Assembly: GCA_015680685.1 (NCBI GenBank)
Contig: MNCI01000399.1
Coordinates: forward strand, 168,544-232,543
Source: Gnetum montanum
Lineage: Eukaryota > Plantae > Gnetophyta
Reading direction: 5' to 3'
DNA length: 64,000 nucleotides
The notes beneath the pieces are model-generated. The model saw only the letters and a list, made by a program, of their open reading frames with translations. It was not told where the DNA came from and ran no database searches. Made by a program: the position numbers and the translations under genes. This document shows positions 12,065 to 25,451 of the stretch, piece after piece. How positions within the stretch are numbered: position 1 is the stretch's first letter; every line of letters begins with the position of its first letter.

Positions 12065-12985
12065 ACATCATCATAACAAAGTAGGCCCCACAAACATTGT
12101 CACAAACTTTAAGATGAAAATCCAAGAAAGTTGGATCATTGCATTTGCCATGTCTTCTTTGGTCTTCCTTTTGATGATTTTCTTGGAACAATGATCTAGC
12201 AATCTTTATTTATCAGTTCATTGTCTAATCTTCTTTGCACACGTCCAAACCATTTAGGTTGCCATTCTTGTAGCTTATTTGAAATAGAAGCCACTCTCAA
12301 TCTTCATCTAATGTCTATATTATGTAGTTTATCTCTTCTAGTAGCATTCAACATCCATCAAAGCATTCGCATTTCTACCACATTGATTTGTTGTTCATGC
12401 CTCTTTGTACTACCCAACATTCAACACCATATAAGATAGTAGGTCTAATTGTTGTCCTATAAAATTTTCCCTTTAATTTTATTGGTATTTTTTTATTAGA
12501 TAAAACACCACTAGCATATCTCCATTTTGGTCATCATGCCTCAATTCTATCTCTGATATTATTATCAATTTCACCATCTGATTGGAGGATTAATCCTAGG
12601 CAGCTAAACTATTTACAGTGAGGGACTTTTTTGTGTTGAATTGTCACTTCTATTTCACCATTGTTTATGTTGTCATTAAAATTGCATTTTATATATTTTG
12701 TCTTACTTCTACTAATTTTTAAACCTTTTGATTCTAGAGCATGTCTCTACTCCATTTTAGCAGCAATATTTTCTTGAGCTGTATATACCAATACAACATT
12801 ATCTATGAATAGCATACACCAAGGGATTTCATCTTGTATTTCCTTTGTTAATTCATTCATAAGAATGGCAAATAAGTATGGACTAAGTGCAAACCCTTGA
12901 TGTAGACCTACTGTGACTAGCAAATCAAATATTATTCCACCAACTATTTTAATTTTAGTGGTATCTCCTTCATATATGTCTTGCC
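12065..12985 (-). mobile_element. RTE-clade LINE fragment (RT C-terminal part and 3' end)
   Basis: The minus strand reads HQGFALSPYLFAILMNELTKEIQDEIPWCMLFIDNVVLV and [19 protein letters not shown], typical of plant RTE RT. Confidence 0.85.
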
Positions 12986-13458
12986 AACAAGATTGACAAC
13001 CATTAAAAAAATAGATATAGGGTTACGATTATGATATGAAGTGAGAGGTTGGTCATTTCACCTTCAGGGATATGCCCTTAGTTAATCACCATGCCATTGT
13101 CTTTTTATGATTCTTTACATTCTAAGTGCCGTGAGAATCATTACCGATTTTGATTGAAAAACTGCACACATCCAACTAAAGCGTATCTAACTAATAAATG
13201 GCATGCATTAATGCAAATTATGGCATGTGCATGACATAGCCATTATAGATTTAGAGTTCCATAATTTGCAATTAATTTTTTACCTAATTCATGCACTTAT
13301 GAGTCAAGACTTCAAAACCAATAAACACAAGGCCAACATGTTGCACAAAACATTTTCTAACGTTGTTATTAATATGTGTATCAGATTAAAATTTGATTCT
13401 TTGCATAGTTTTTTGACATGAAATCTAACATAGAGTATATTTGACATTGGTTTTTCAG

Positions 13459-13570
13459 GCCAGCTATTGTATGGGCAACTTGGGACCTCGTTGCAATGGC
13501 AGAAATAGGGAATCATAAGGGGCCACCAACACATGTAGTGCAAATAATATGGAATCATGGTTGTCATGAG
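13459..13570 (+). CDS. LSF1: LSF1 internal exon (end of phosphatase-like domain, start of CBM48)
   Basis: tttttcAG|G PAIVWATWDLVAMAEIGNHKGPPTHVVQIIWNHGCHE|GTAATT. Matches Arabidopsis LSF1 RPAIAWATWDLIAMVDDGKHDGTPTHSVTFVWNGHE as recalled, and joins exon 32492 in phase 0. Confidence 0.93.
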
Positions 13571-13699
13571 GTAATTTTATTTTTCATTACATTTGATCAA
13601 TCAATAGACAGTTAATTAGCATTCATTTGAAGTTGCATTGGACATTATAATATTTCACTGTAGCTTTGTTTTTAAAATATTTGAACGAAGCATTTAGGT

Positions 13700-16600
13700 T
13701 TAGGTGGGAAGAATATCATAGCTCGAGTGCGGATGGGCAGAACAGATGACGCATGCGGAGTGGACAAGGAGCGCGGAGCAGACAAAGCATGTGGAATAGG
13801 CAAGGCTAACAGAGGACATGGCTACACTACCAACAATAGCGCTCTGGTAGTCGAGGGACCGGTAGGCTTAGGGGACATGCTATGTAGATTTCAGCATAGG
13901 GGACTACGTTTTGGGGTGGGGGGGGGGGAGGACTTCAAAATGGCTAATGGGACGATTGAAGAACATTCCCTTTCAGATGTCATCATGTGCCTCCATGTTA
14001 GTGGGCCGTCGGCGAAGGGAATCAGGACCATGCAGTGCAGTTTAATTGGACATTCCATGTCCTCTGGTGCCCACCCCTGGATGGACTTGATTTGATGGTG
14101 GACGAAGGAAAGTTGGGGAGTTGGAATGGTGGATGTTCAGAGCCTATTAGAGGATCTGCTCCTGTTCATCTTTCTGACTACAGGATCATAACTTGGTCCT
14201 TCAAGGGGGATTGTGGTTCTATGGCACTAGGGGGTTGGCTCTGACCCCCTGGCGACTGGGGGCACACCGCGAACCCGATTTGTTCGCCCATGCCCCAATA
14301 TGGATACAAGTATCTGGGATTCCATGGGAAATGTAGAATATTGAATTCCTTAAACATTTGATGAGTTTCTTCAGAAAGTTCATTACCTTCGATAAGGTTA
14401 CTCAGACAATTGAGTGGATGGGTTTCACCTGCTTCTGCGTATGGAGGACTCTCTCTTTGAAGGACCTCATCAAGGAGGTAGTGCTTGAGCTCCCAGGTGG
14501 GGAGGAACGACTTCAGGTCGAATTTGAGAATTTGGAGGGTGTGTCGTTCGGGGAGAAGGCTTCTCATCTTCATGGGGGAAGGGGCAAAGGTTGTTCCTTC
14601 TATTGGAAGACCAAACACCATGACTCTGACTATCGATTTCAGGATGGAGGAGCAAAGTCGCTGCAGGGTGAGGCTCGTAAGCCAAGTGAGGGTGGGGAAT
14701 GGATGATGGTTGGATGCAAGGGGCAATCAGTGAGACCACCGCCACCAACCCTGCCTCCTCCCTTGCCTCTCTCCCCTCCGAGGACCTCCCCGTAGGCCTC
14801 CCCACACTCTTCCCCACAGTGTGTGCAAGCCACCGGCTCCCCCCTCACCTCTCCACCGTCTGTTGAGCCAACGGTCTCCAAGATCGTGCTCCCCCTAGGA
14901 AAATGGGTCAACGTGGTCAAGGAGAGTACCCCATCCTGTAAGCCTATCAAGGTGTGCTCACCATTAGAGGATTTGGGCTGTAGCTTGGTTGTGCTCACAA
15001 GGAGTTTCCTTGGCCGCTCGTCCGAGAGTCTGATATGGGAGAAACAAACAAAATGAAGTGTTGACATGGGATTGTAACAGACCCCACGAAAGGTCTACTA
15101 GTGCTGCACGACTAGTCATACCTGAAGCTCTTCACTTGGAATTGTAGGGGACAGGGTATGCCCTATAAAAGAAATACCCTGTGACAGATAGTTCATGATG
15201 AAGATTGTGACATTGTTTGCCTGCAGGAGACTAAGCTATAGGAGACAGAGTCCTGCCATCTCCAATGGGATGGCTGGAAGGTACATCTACACCCCTATGT
15301 GGGGTGGGCAAGGGGTCTGGCTATCCTCGCACATCATGACATGTTACTTGTGGACTCATCGCAACGGGCATTGACTGTTCACATCCCCTCTCGAGGTCTA
15401 TGGCTGACCAATTTTTACGGGTTGTGTGGGAGCAGAGATTGCATGAGTTGGATCGTGTGGTGACGCTAGTGCAGGATCGCCTTGCTTGGCTGGTAGTTGG
15501 AGACTTCAACCAACGGATACACTCTTGGGAAAAGTCTGGTGCAGGTTGCCCCCTCGGGTGCCTAGGAGTTTCAAGATTTCTTGGCGGCTTACTCATTGGT
15601 GGACCTGCCTATTGAAAATTGCCAATTTACCTGGAGCAATAGGCAAAAAGGAGCTGACCACATCCTCTCTCAAATCAATCAGGTTTGCATTAGTTCAGAC
15701 CTCCTACGGATGGATGCACAAGTTATAGGACAAGAACGAGTTGCCTTGGATCATTGTTCACTAATTTGTTCCCTTGGGGCTAAACGAAGCCAAACCCCTC
15801 GGCCCTTTCGTTTCAAGGCAACTTGGGCTACTCAAGCCTTGGTTATGGCCGTTAGTTGAAGACATGGGTGGAATATGGATAGGGCCAAGGAGACCCCAGG
15901 AATTTTCTCAGGGAGGGGCTTCTTTATTTGAAGTGGGCTATTCGATCTTTACTTGTGGAGGACAAATTCTTGTTCCGAACAGGCCATATGACACTCTGGA
16001 ATTGGTTGACCCAGGTTCAGTCCCAACAAGAAGCTAGGGAGGACCTGCATGAAGAGGAGCAGAATATTCTGATGCAATTGCAGGCACTAGACATGGAAGA
16101 GGAGACATATTTGAAACAATGATCACAGATTAGATGGCTCGGGGAGGGGGACAAGTAGACAAAATTCTTTTTTGTTGCAGCCAAGACACTTGGATGGAGC
16201 CAATGTCACAAGTTGATGACTACCAGGGGAGAGATAGTTGATGATCCGTAGGGCGTGGCCAGAGAGCTTGCACACTACGAGGAGACAATTTGGGCAAAGC
16301 AGCCCACAATGCCCATTTCGATTCGAGTTCCATGGATGCTAAATGAAGAGGATAACATTAGATTGCTGGCCCTGTTTTCCTAGCAAGAACTAACAACAAT
16401 GATTGGGGACATGCCTAGGGGGAAGGTGCCAGCACCAGATGGCTGGAGTCTTGAATTCTTCAACACCTTCTCGGATATTGTGGGGCCTAACATTCTGGAT
16501 GCCTTCAATTTAATGCTAGCCAAGAAATAGGTTTGCCGAGAGCTTAACTACTCCTGAATTGTGTGCATTCCCAAACGTGCAAACGTGTCTCTCCTAGAAC

Positions 16601-18030
16601 ATTTTTGACCCATTGGGGTTTGCAACGTCCTGATCTGGATTTTCTCTAAGATGATCATGTGCAGACTTGCTCCTCTAATGCCCAAACTAGTAGGGGTCAA
16701 TCACATGAGGTTTGTGCAAGGCCAAACTTTACAGGACCAAGTTCTCCTAATGCAAGAGATTTTCCACTGTCTTCGTCGTTTGAAGTTTCCTAGGTTGTCT
16801 AAAATTAGACACACTAAGGCCTATGATACACTTAGTTGGGAGGCCCTGGCCGTCATTATGCGGAAAAAAGGCTTTGACACAGGCTTTATTCAACTCTGCA
16901 TTCACATGCAATCCTCAGCAAGCTTCTCTTTCGACATTTTGGGGGGGGGGGGGGGGGGGGGGGTNTGGGGTTATGGGGACTCTCATCACTAGGTAGGGGG
17001 TTGCGGCAAGGGGGCCCACTTTCGCCGTTACTTTTTATTATTGGTATGGACCTTTTGCAATCTTACTGCAAAGCGGCAGGCGTCGAAGGCCTGGAAATCA
17101 CTAGGGTGGAATGTTTGGCTGAACATTACATTGATGACACGATGCTGATCAATCAAGTTGGGGTCCCACAGACGTGGCATTAATTTGACACTTTCTTGGA
17201 CGGTTGCCGAGCTTGGCCTAGTGATTAACCACGCAAAGTCAATAGCTCAGGTGAAAGATCAAGTGTCACAAATCCTAGGCATTCCCTCTAGAATGATCTA
17301 GGACTCATACCTGGGCATCCCATTGTTCCATTGGGGTCGGTGTGTATCATGGGGGTCAATGTTAGAAAAAATTGAGAATCGGATCGAAAACTGGGCAAAC
17401 CGTTTTCTGACTTGGACAAGGAGGTTGGTACTAGCATCGGGGGTGCTAGCAACAATGACTCGCTTTGTGGCTACTGTGGCTACCCCTTGCGTGCTATTAT
17501 TGATGGCATAGACAAACGCATTCGCCACTTCGTTTGGTCAAGGGGTAGAGGGGGTGCAAATTGCACTTGGCTAGCTAGGACCAGATCACGTGCCCTCGAC
17601 CTACGGGGGGTTTGGAGATATCAAAATTTGAGCATTGGGTCAGCAATGATTACTACTTTGTTTCACCTGCCAAGCCAGTGAGATGGCCCAGTGGGTCAGA
17701 ATCATGAATGCCAAGTATGTATAGGGGTAGGCGGGAACACAGAACTTGAGGCCCTCGCGAGCACTCTGTAACCATGCACTACAAATGCAGAAATGAGGGT
17801 GGTTGGACTTCAAGCCGTGCCACCTACTTTCAGCCATGTACCCGCCGGTGTCAAGGTGGAATCGAATATGGCAGGGATGGTTGCCCAAGAAAACCAAAGT
17901 TTTCCTATGGCTACTAGAGAGTAACACGTTGCCGGTACGGTCAAATTTACGAAGGTGGGGCCTTGATCTTGACAACACCTACCCACTATGTGACATTGCA
18001 CCCAAAATTGTCCTGCACTTCACCAGACAC
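13700..18030 (+). mobile_element. L1-clade LINE copy E (ORF1 remnant, EN, RT, zf-RVT; 3' extension deleted)
   Basis: ORF1-like 13720-15120, EN LFTWNCRGQG at about 15128, RT QGGPLSPLLF and EHYIDD, zf-RVT YPLCDIAPKIVLHF at about 18000. It then abuts the 3' UTR of the inverted copy B. Left boundary approximate. Confidence 0.88.
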
Positions 18031-21000
18031 TAAAAGCCTCAATCGACTGTGAGAGCTGAGCACCATACACCAAAAGCCAGGAATGACAAACAAACAAGGA
18101 CGGGTCACTCCCCCAAACATCTGAGGGGGGCCACCCCCTTAACCCCCCGCGGGGGGGGGGGGGGGGGAGGTTCTCTACCCCAAACAACCAGGGGGTGGCC
18201 ACCCCCTTAATCCCTTAGGGGGGGTCACTCCCCCAAACATCTAAGGGGGCCACCCCCTTAACCCCGCAACGACATCCCAAATGACATCCCAAGAAACAAA
18301 AGGGGGGGGGGGGGGGGGGGGNTAACTTCTTGATAGACCATGTTCGTCCATATTGAAATTGGGGCTCACAGCCACCAAGGGGCAGAAGAAATAGCAGCCT
18401 TGCTATGGGTGTGTTAGTAGCCTATGACAGGCGTAGTGTGCCCGTTCGAGGGCATGTAGAATATCCAACGTGTTGCGATGGAGTTCAGAGTCCACAAAAC
18501 TAGCAGCCTGTTGGATCACTTGCATGGCCGATTCACATTGGCTCCGCTAGCAGCCAACGTCCCCCCATCTGGGTGGAAGTGTGCCAAAGTCCGTCGGATG
18601 TGATGCTGAAGTTCCCCCCACGTGCACTCACAGTTGATGCCCAGGACGATGTACAGACATTGTCCAGCCCTCATCCATTGGCATGCACTCTACTCATGCG
18701 CCCGGTCTAACTGGTGTTGTCACTACCCCTCCTCCTACTCCTGCTCCTACTGAGCTTGCTCAGCTGCCCCACATTCTCTTCGGGTGGTTTCTTCCTGGAT
18801 TAGTTCTTCCCACACTTGGGCCTGGATCTCATCCACCAATCGGGCCTAGGCCGCATCCACCAGCAAGGCTTGCTGTCGGATTATCTCCTGTTCCTGTTCG
18901 CGGAAACAGGTTTCCAGTTCAATCCGTGCTTGTGCAAGGGCTTCATCCCATTTGGCCTCCCATTCGCGGTGTTCTGCATTGTGCGTCGCAGCCGCAGCCT
19001 CCATAGTCACGTGATGCAGCTCCTCATCGCTTCTTTCCCTAGGCCCCAACATTCCAAGTGGGGACACCTCCGGCACCACCATGGAGATTGGGGCCCTCAC
19101 TCTCCTATGACAACTCCGTCTCCTGGTATATGTCATCGTTGGTTCAGTCCCCAAAACCCCTGGGCAGGCCGAAAGGGAGGGGCCAGGAGGGGAACCCCCT
19201 AGGGGGAGTGAAGACCCATTCTCCGCTTGAGGCTACCCCCCCCCCCCCCCCCCNCCCCCGCCACAGGGCAAGAATGAGCCCAAAGTAGTGGCCTCACTTC
19301 TGCTATTGCAGTGCCACCAAAAAAAATCTAGGTATGGTAACCCTAACTCCCAGTTTGAGGCATTTAAGGAAGGCAAAGTGAAGGCCCTGGAGTTTTGACC
19401 CATTTCCCGACTACACAAAAAAATAGTCCACAAGACCTGCAACTCGGGCCCAGATCAGTGGCAGGGAAGATCTAGGAACTTGTTAGCTTTGTGTGCGTGG
19501 CACTAGCCCATTGAAAAATACTTCGGCATCTTGCAACCCATGCGTGGAAGGCAAAATGATTTCACCTTCGACCTGGGCCCCTAGACACCTGGCAATCGAG
19601 GACTCTGTGACAATGACCTTAGTGCCCCTAAAGTAGGTTCAGTCCTCATGCCAATTAGAGGAGAAGGCGTCATCTGGAAGGGTCGGCTCACCAACAAACC
19701 ATGGCAAGATGTCACTCCAGCCGCACCGTTCCACCAATTCCCACAACTCCTCGTCCTCTTGAAACACTACGCAGTCAGGCTCATGGGTCGGTGTGACCCC
19801 CATCGCAATGTCAATCTCTCTCCATGCAACTGCAGCCTATGAAACCACTTGCGGAGGGGGGGGGGGGGGGNCAACTGGAAGACTTTGTGATTTTGAAGTT
19901 TCCATGCTATCCATAAAAGTAGCGTCGCCCGAAAATCACCTGTTAATTTAATTGGGGGATCCCAACCTGTTTCCTGCCACATGGAGCGCATGCAGGCGCT
20001 TTGGAAAACAAAGTGTTGAACAGTCTCAGGCGCGGTGCCACACAATGGGCAAGTGTCATCAAGAACAAGGCCCCGTCTGCTTAAATGCACCCATACAGGC
20101 AGCACGTCGTTTTTCACTAGGCACATGAAGACTTTAATTTTCTCAGGCAGCTGTCCTTGCCAAATCTGATGTCACCCTAGTACCAGCGGGTACATGGCAG
20201 TCAACAAGCAGCACAGTTCAAAATTTGACCACCCCTATTTCGTGCATGGCTGCAAGGCGTCTGCCAGGCCTCAAGTCCTACGCTCTCATCTACCACCATA
20301 TGTACTTGGCATTCATTATTCTGACCCATTGGGCCGGCTCCTCGTATTGGCACGTCAAATGGAGTAATAGCCATTGTTGACCCATCGTTAGCTCATCTTC
20401 AAATTTCAAAATTCCCAATGCCCCTGCTGTTCGGGGGAGCGCAATTTGGTCCTAGTTGGCAAGGTGTAGTTTGCACCTCCCCCTGTACCCCCTGACCAAA
20501 CGAAACGATGGATGCACATGTTGATGCTATCAATGATGGCACGCAATCGGGTGGCAACAACGGCCACAAAACAAGTCATCACCATGAGCACCCCCGAGGC
20601 AACCACCAACCTCCCCTTCTTGGTCAGGAAACGGTTGGCCCAGTTTCCCACCCATCTTTCAACTTTTTCTAAAAGCACCCCCCAAGAAACACACCGCCCC
20701 CATTGGAAAAGGGGGATGCCCAAGTAAGTATCCCTAATTATTCCAAACGGAATGTTCAAGATTTGTGCCACTCTGCTCTTTACCTATGCATCGACATTTA
20801 AAAAATGGTCCATTGACTTAGCCCATTTAATTACCAGCCCAAGCTCGTCCGCCATCCATGAGAGCGCCACGTTGATGCCACGTGCTTGTGGGACCCCAGC
20901 ATGACTAATCAGCATTGTGTCATCCGCATAATGCTCAGCCAGACATTTTACCCCTGCTATTTCCAGACACTCGACACCCGCCACCTTGCAGTAATGTTGC

Positions 21001-21091
21001 AGCAGATCCATATCAATAATGAAAAGTAATGGCAAGAGGGGATCCCCCTGTCACAGCCCTCTCTCAGGTGAGGAGAGGCCCCACAGTCACC

Positions 21092-21125
<34 letters not shown>

Positions 21126-21655
21126 ACCCACAGACGATTGTAAATGGATGTAGAGCTAGATAAATCTCAGGTCAAAGCCTTTTGTTGCATGATGGTGGTC
21201 AAGGCCTCCCAACTGAGTGTATCGTATGCTTTAGTTATATCCAGCTTGAGACAGAGCCCGTGGAATTTCGAGATTCGAAGAGAGTGCAACACCTCTTGCA
21301 TGAGAAGCACTTGGTCCTATAGGGTCCGACCTTGTACGAACCCTATTTGGTTGACCCCCACCAGTTTGGGCATTAGCGGAGCTAGCATACATATGATCAT
21401 CTTGGAGAATAACCAAATCAAGACGTTGCAGACCCCAATAGCCTGAAACTGCTATGGACGATGTGCATCTGCTTACTTGGGGATGCACACAATTCGAGAA
21501 TAGTTAAGCTCTCATTGGACCTGCTTCTTGGCCAACATTAAATTGAAGGCATCCAGAATGTTGGGCCCCACAATATCCAGGAAGGTCTTGAAAAATTCGA
21601 GGCTCCAACCATTTGGCCCTAGCACCTTTTCTCCTGGCATATCGCTGATCATTGT
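18031..21655 (-). mobile_element. L1-clade LINE copy B, sense 3' segment (RT, zf-RVT, extension, J-domain, 3' UTR; poly(A) lost)
   Basis: EHYADDTML (20784-21035), CPLCGTAPETVQHF (19767-20126), coiled coil (18846-19154), J-domain 18463-18659 with HPD at 18567-18575, stop at 18403-18405. Confidence 0.9.
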
Positions 21656-23222
21656 TGTGTGTCAATGTGGTAAGGGGGAGCACCACGTCCCGTAAGCTCC
21701 TGGAGATGGATCCGTCACCTAGGGATTCGGGTTGTAGCCTGGTTGTTCTCGAAGGGGGGAGGGGGGGGGGCACAGGGGGGAGTCATCCCAGCTGCCCATC
21801 CAAGAGTTTGTCAAGGGCTAAACTTATGCAACGAAGTATTGACATGGGATTGCAACAGACCCTCCAGGAGGTCTACCAACGCCGCTCGTTTGGGCATACA
21901 TGAAAATCTTCAGCTGGAAATGTAGGGGACAGGGTACACCCTATAAAAGAAATACCCTGAGACAGATTGTTCGTGATGAGGAGTGTGATATCGTATGCCT
22001 ACAGGAGACCAAGCTACAGGCGACAGAATCTAGCGATCTCATCTGGGATGGCTGGAAAGTTCACTTGCACCCCTGTGTGGGTCAGGCGAGGGGTCTGGCT
22101 ATCCTTGCCCGATATGATATGACGCTGATAGACTCTTCGCAATGGGCCATGACAATTCATATCCCCTCTCGGGGAATATGGCTAACCAACTTCTATGGGC
22201 CTTAGGTGTGGGAGCAAAGACTTTAGGAACTGGAGTGGGTGGCGACACTGGTGCAAGACCGCCTAGCGTGGCTGATCGTGGGGGATTTCAACCAAAGGTT
22301 ACACCCATGGGAATAATATGGTGCTAAGGCTTCCTCCCCGCGCCAACACCCCCCCCCCCCAACAAAAAAAAGGTGCCCAAGAGTTTCAAAATTTCCTAGC
22401 AATGCACTAGTTAGTGGATCTGCCCATTGAGAATTGTTAGTTCACTTGGAGCAATAGCAAAAAGGGCCTAATCATGTCCTTTCCAGAATTGATTGGGTTT
22501 GCATCAGTTCCAACCTCCTCCTACGGTTGGACGGGACAAGAACGGATGGCCTCAAACCACGGCTCCCTAATTTGTCTGCTTGGGCCCAAAAGGTTGGACA
22601 CCTCGGTCATTTCGTTTCGAGGCAACCTGGTTGCACAAGTCTTGGTTGAGACCATTAGTTGAGGACATATGGGCAGACTACAGACAGGACTAGGGAGACC
22701 CCAGGAATTTCCTCAAAAAAGGACTGCTTCGTTTGAAATGGGCTATCCGGTCCTTACCAGTGGAGGACAAATTCTCTTTTTGGACAGGCTGCACAATGCT
22801 TCGGGACAGGTTAACTCAAATTCAAGCCCAGTAGGAGGCTGGGGAGGATCTGCATGCAAAGGAGCAGAATATCCTAATGCAACTACAGGCCCTTGACCTG
22901 GAGGAGGAGACATACTGGAAGCAACGGTTACAAATTAGATGGCTCCAAGAGGGGGACAGGCAGACGAAATTCTTCTTTGTTGTTGCCAAGACACGTGGAT
23001 GGAGCATCCACATAGATTGCACACCATTGGGGGAGGGATAATTGATGAGCCACAGGGCGTCACTAAGGAGTTGTTGCATTATTGGGAAATGATCTGGGCA
23101 AAGCAGCCCACAAAGCCCATTTCGGTTCGAATTGCATGGGTACTAAACGAGGAGGATAACGTTAGACTGCTAGCTCCATACTGCTAGCTCTGTTCTCTTG
23201 GCAGGAACTAACAGCAACAATC
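21656..23222 (+). mobile_element. Inverted 5' segment of LINE copy B (ORF1 end, EN, linker), consistent with a twin-priming inversion
   Basis: ORF1 end ...EVYQRRSFGHT* overlaps MKIFSWKCRGQG at 21900. The segment ends at QELTATI, where the minus-strand segment resumes (TTMISDMPG). Confidence 0.8.
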
Positions 23223-24088
23223 AAAAAAATATGTGAACTTAAATTATTCAAATGATTTTTGTATGTTGACTTTTGACATTTAGATGCTCATTTCCACCAG
23301 CATCGATTTATATACATTTTATCACATCTTACTGATAATCTTTTAGTGTGTTATAAATTAAGGTTTATTTTGATTGGCTGCTTGTTTAATTTTTTCCTCT
23401 GTTGCAATTGACACTAAAATACATAGGGGTTTCGGAGAAGAACTAATGAATATAGAGCAATTCATTAACTGTGCTTTTACCTTGAAGTGAGGGATTAATC
23501 ATAATCATTGAATCATCCAAGAGAAACTTTAGCTTCTCTGAAAGAGATGAGAGGTTGGATTTTAAACAGAGATGTTACATACATTGGCAGCTAGTGTCTT
23601 TTGTTGATCATTCACAATCCCTTAAATTTTTTAATTATTCAACAGTGAATTTCTATGTAGTAATTGTTAAAACATAAGCCACTGTTAAATTTCAACCGAC
23701 ATCAAATTGCATAGAATAGTGAATTGAAGTTTTAAAATTACCCTTTTACAAATTAAGTCATGCCACATCATATCCACATGCGTGTTAGTCTCAATTTGAG
23801 CAAAATTCAGAATATACCATTTCCATGCTCAGACTCACTTCTATGTCATGAGCAACATCTAACAGCTCCAGAAGAAAATCATTTGTTATCTCAAAACTAG
23901 ATTAATAACATATTGACCCAAAAACAAAAACAAAAATAAAACAAAACGTTTCCTAGCTGTGGACAATGTTTTAAAACATTTTTTAGATTGAAAGTATCAT
24001 TTTTGTTAATGGACAGCTTCATGATTATTTTAGGACTTAATATTGCTGATGAATAATATTTGTTTTGTTTTGTTTTTAATGGATCAAC

Positions 24089-24217
24089 CATAGTTACCAG
24101 AAAAAGTGAACTCGCTTCCGTGTTTCAGAATTTTAAGCTTGCAAACCCTGAAACATTAGTCCGGAAATACAATTCTGCCAGTTTCTTGCCCGTTTCGTTC
24201 TGTTTCTGGTAACTATG
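24089..24217. mobile_element. hAT-type MITE (129 bp)
   Basis: 15-bp perfect TIR CATAGTTACCAGAAA / TTTCTGGTAACTATG; 8-bp TSD GGATCAAC / AGATCAAC. Confidence 0.85.
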
Positions 24218-25451
24218 AGATCAACTAATGTGAATCATCTTAGATAATGTCACCATGCTTGGAATGACTTAGTTTACAATTTGTTGCAAGTACTAGGAAT
24301 CGATCTGGTAGTGTTGAATCCACCATGAAGGAGTTCAGCCTCCTGGGTGAACCTTAAGTGTGAAGCCTAATAATTATTTCTTTGCTCGTGAATGTCCAAG
24401 ACATACCTAGAGTAAATGGTTGCATTTGCAACAAGGCCATTGATTTTAAGTTATGGAATTTTAAAGATTTAAGTGGTTTCCTTCTTGTTGGTGAAACCTT
24501 GGAAAATGCTACCAAATAGAAATGCGTAGAATGCAGAAAGCACATACACAAAGCCTTGTGTGGCTTATCTGACTTCTAGCGACTGTCTACGCAAAGCATG
24601 GAGCTCTTAGATTCAATTTCATAGGCAAAAAGACAAATTACCAATGGTAAAGCTCTATTTCACAGATTCCACAGCTCCAAAGAAACCCATGCTCAAGCTC
24701 CTAGCTGCATTTAGTATTCAAATACTTGCATGTTATGAAGGTTACCAGCCCCTTCTCATCCACACAAAAAGCAGCTAACACGCTAGAGGTATGTGTTCCA
24801 TGCCGGTCCTTCTCTAATCTAGTTTAGATTTCTTTGGCTTTGGTGTGTTGAATTGTTTGACTATGTTACTTGGTTGAAGGATAACCATCTGCTGCAGTTG
24901 GTCATGTTTCTAAAGCTGTTGTCTACTCCGTCATAAAATAGAATACTCGGCGCAATGCTTTGCAAGGATTGAACTCAGTAGTCCTATCCTCAAAATGAAT
25001 TTCTCAATTGTGTATGGCTTTTGATATCTAGATGTTGATCAGGATTGGATGGTTTTAATGTGAAAGCATTCACGATATAATTTTCCTGAATCTATCGCCA
25101 TTGATTGTGTTTTGACTATATTAGAGAATTTGAATAAGTTTTTTTTTCAAGAAAGTGGTTGGGATTATATTAAAAAAGACTCAAAGTATGTTACAAAGAT
25201 TACAAGTGATTACAAGCGGTGGGCCATAAGGAATGGCCCCCCCGAGAGGGGATGACCCCCAAACCACAAAAACTACGATCAAGACTGTCAAAACAGAAAA
25301 CATGGCAGATACGGTAGGGGGGGTGCCCCCCAGGAAAGCAGGAAGGGGGCACCCCCCACACGAAACCACCCAACAAAAAAAGGGGGGGCAACCCCCCAAA
25401 GACAGCAGTGGGGGGGGGGGGGGGGGCAACCACCCGACAGAGGGCCACCCA

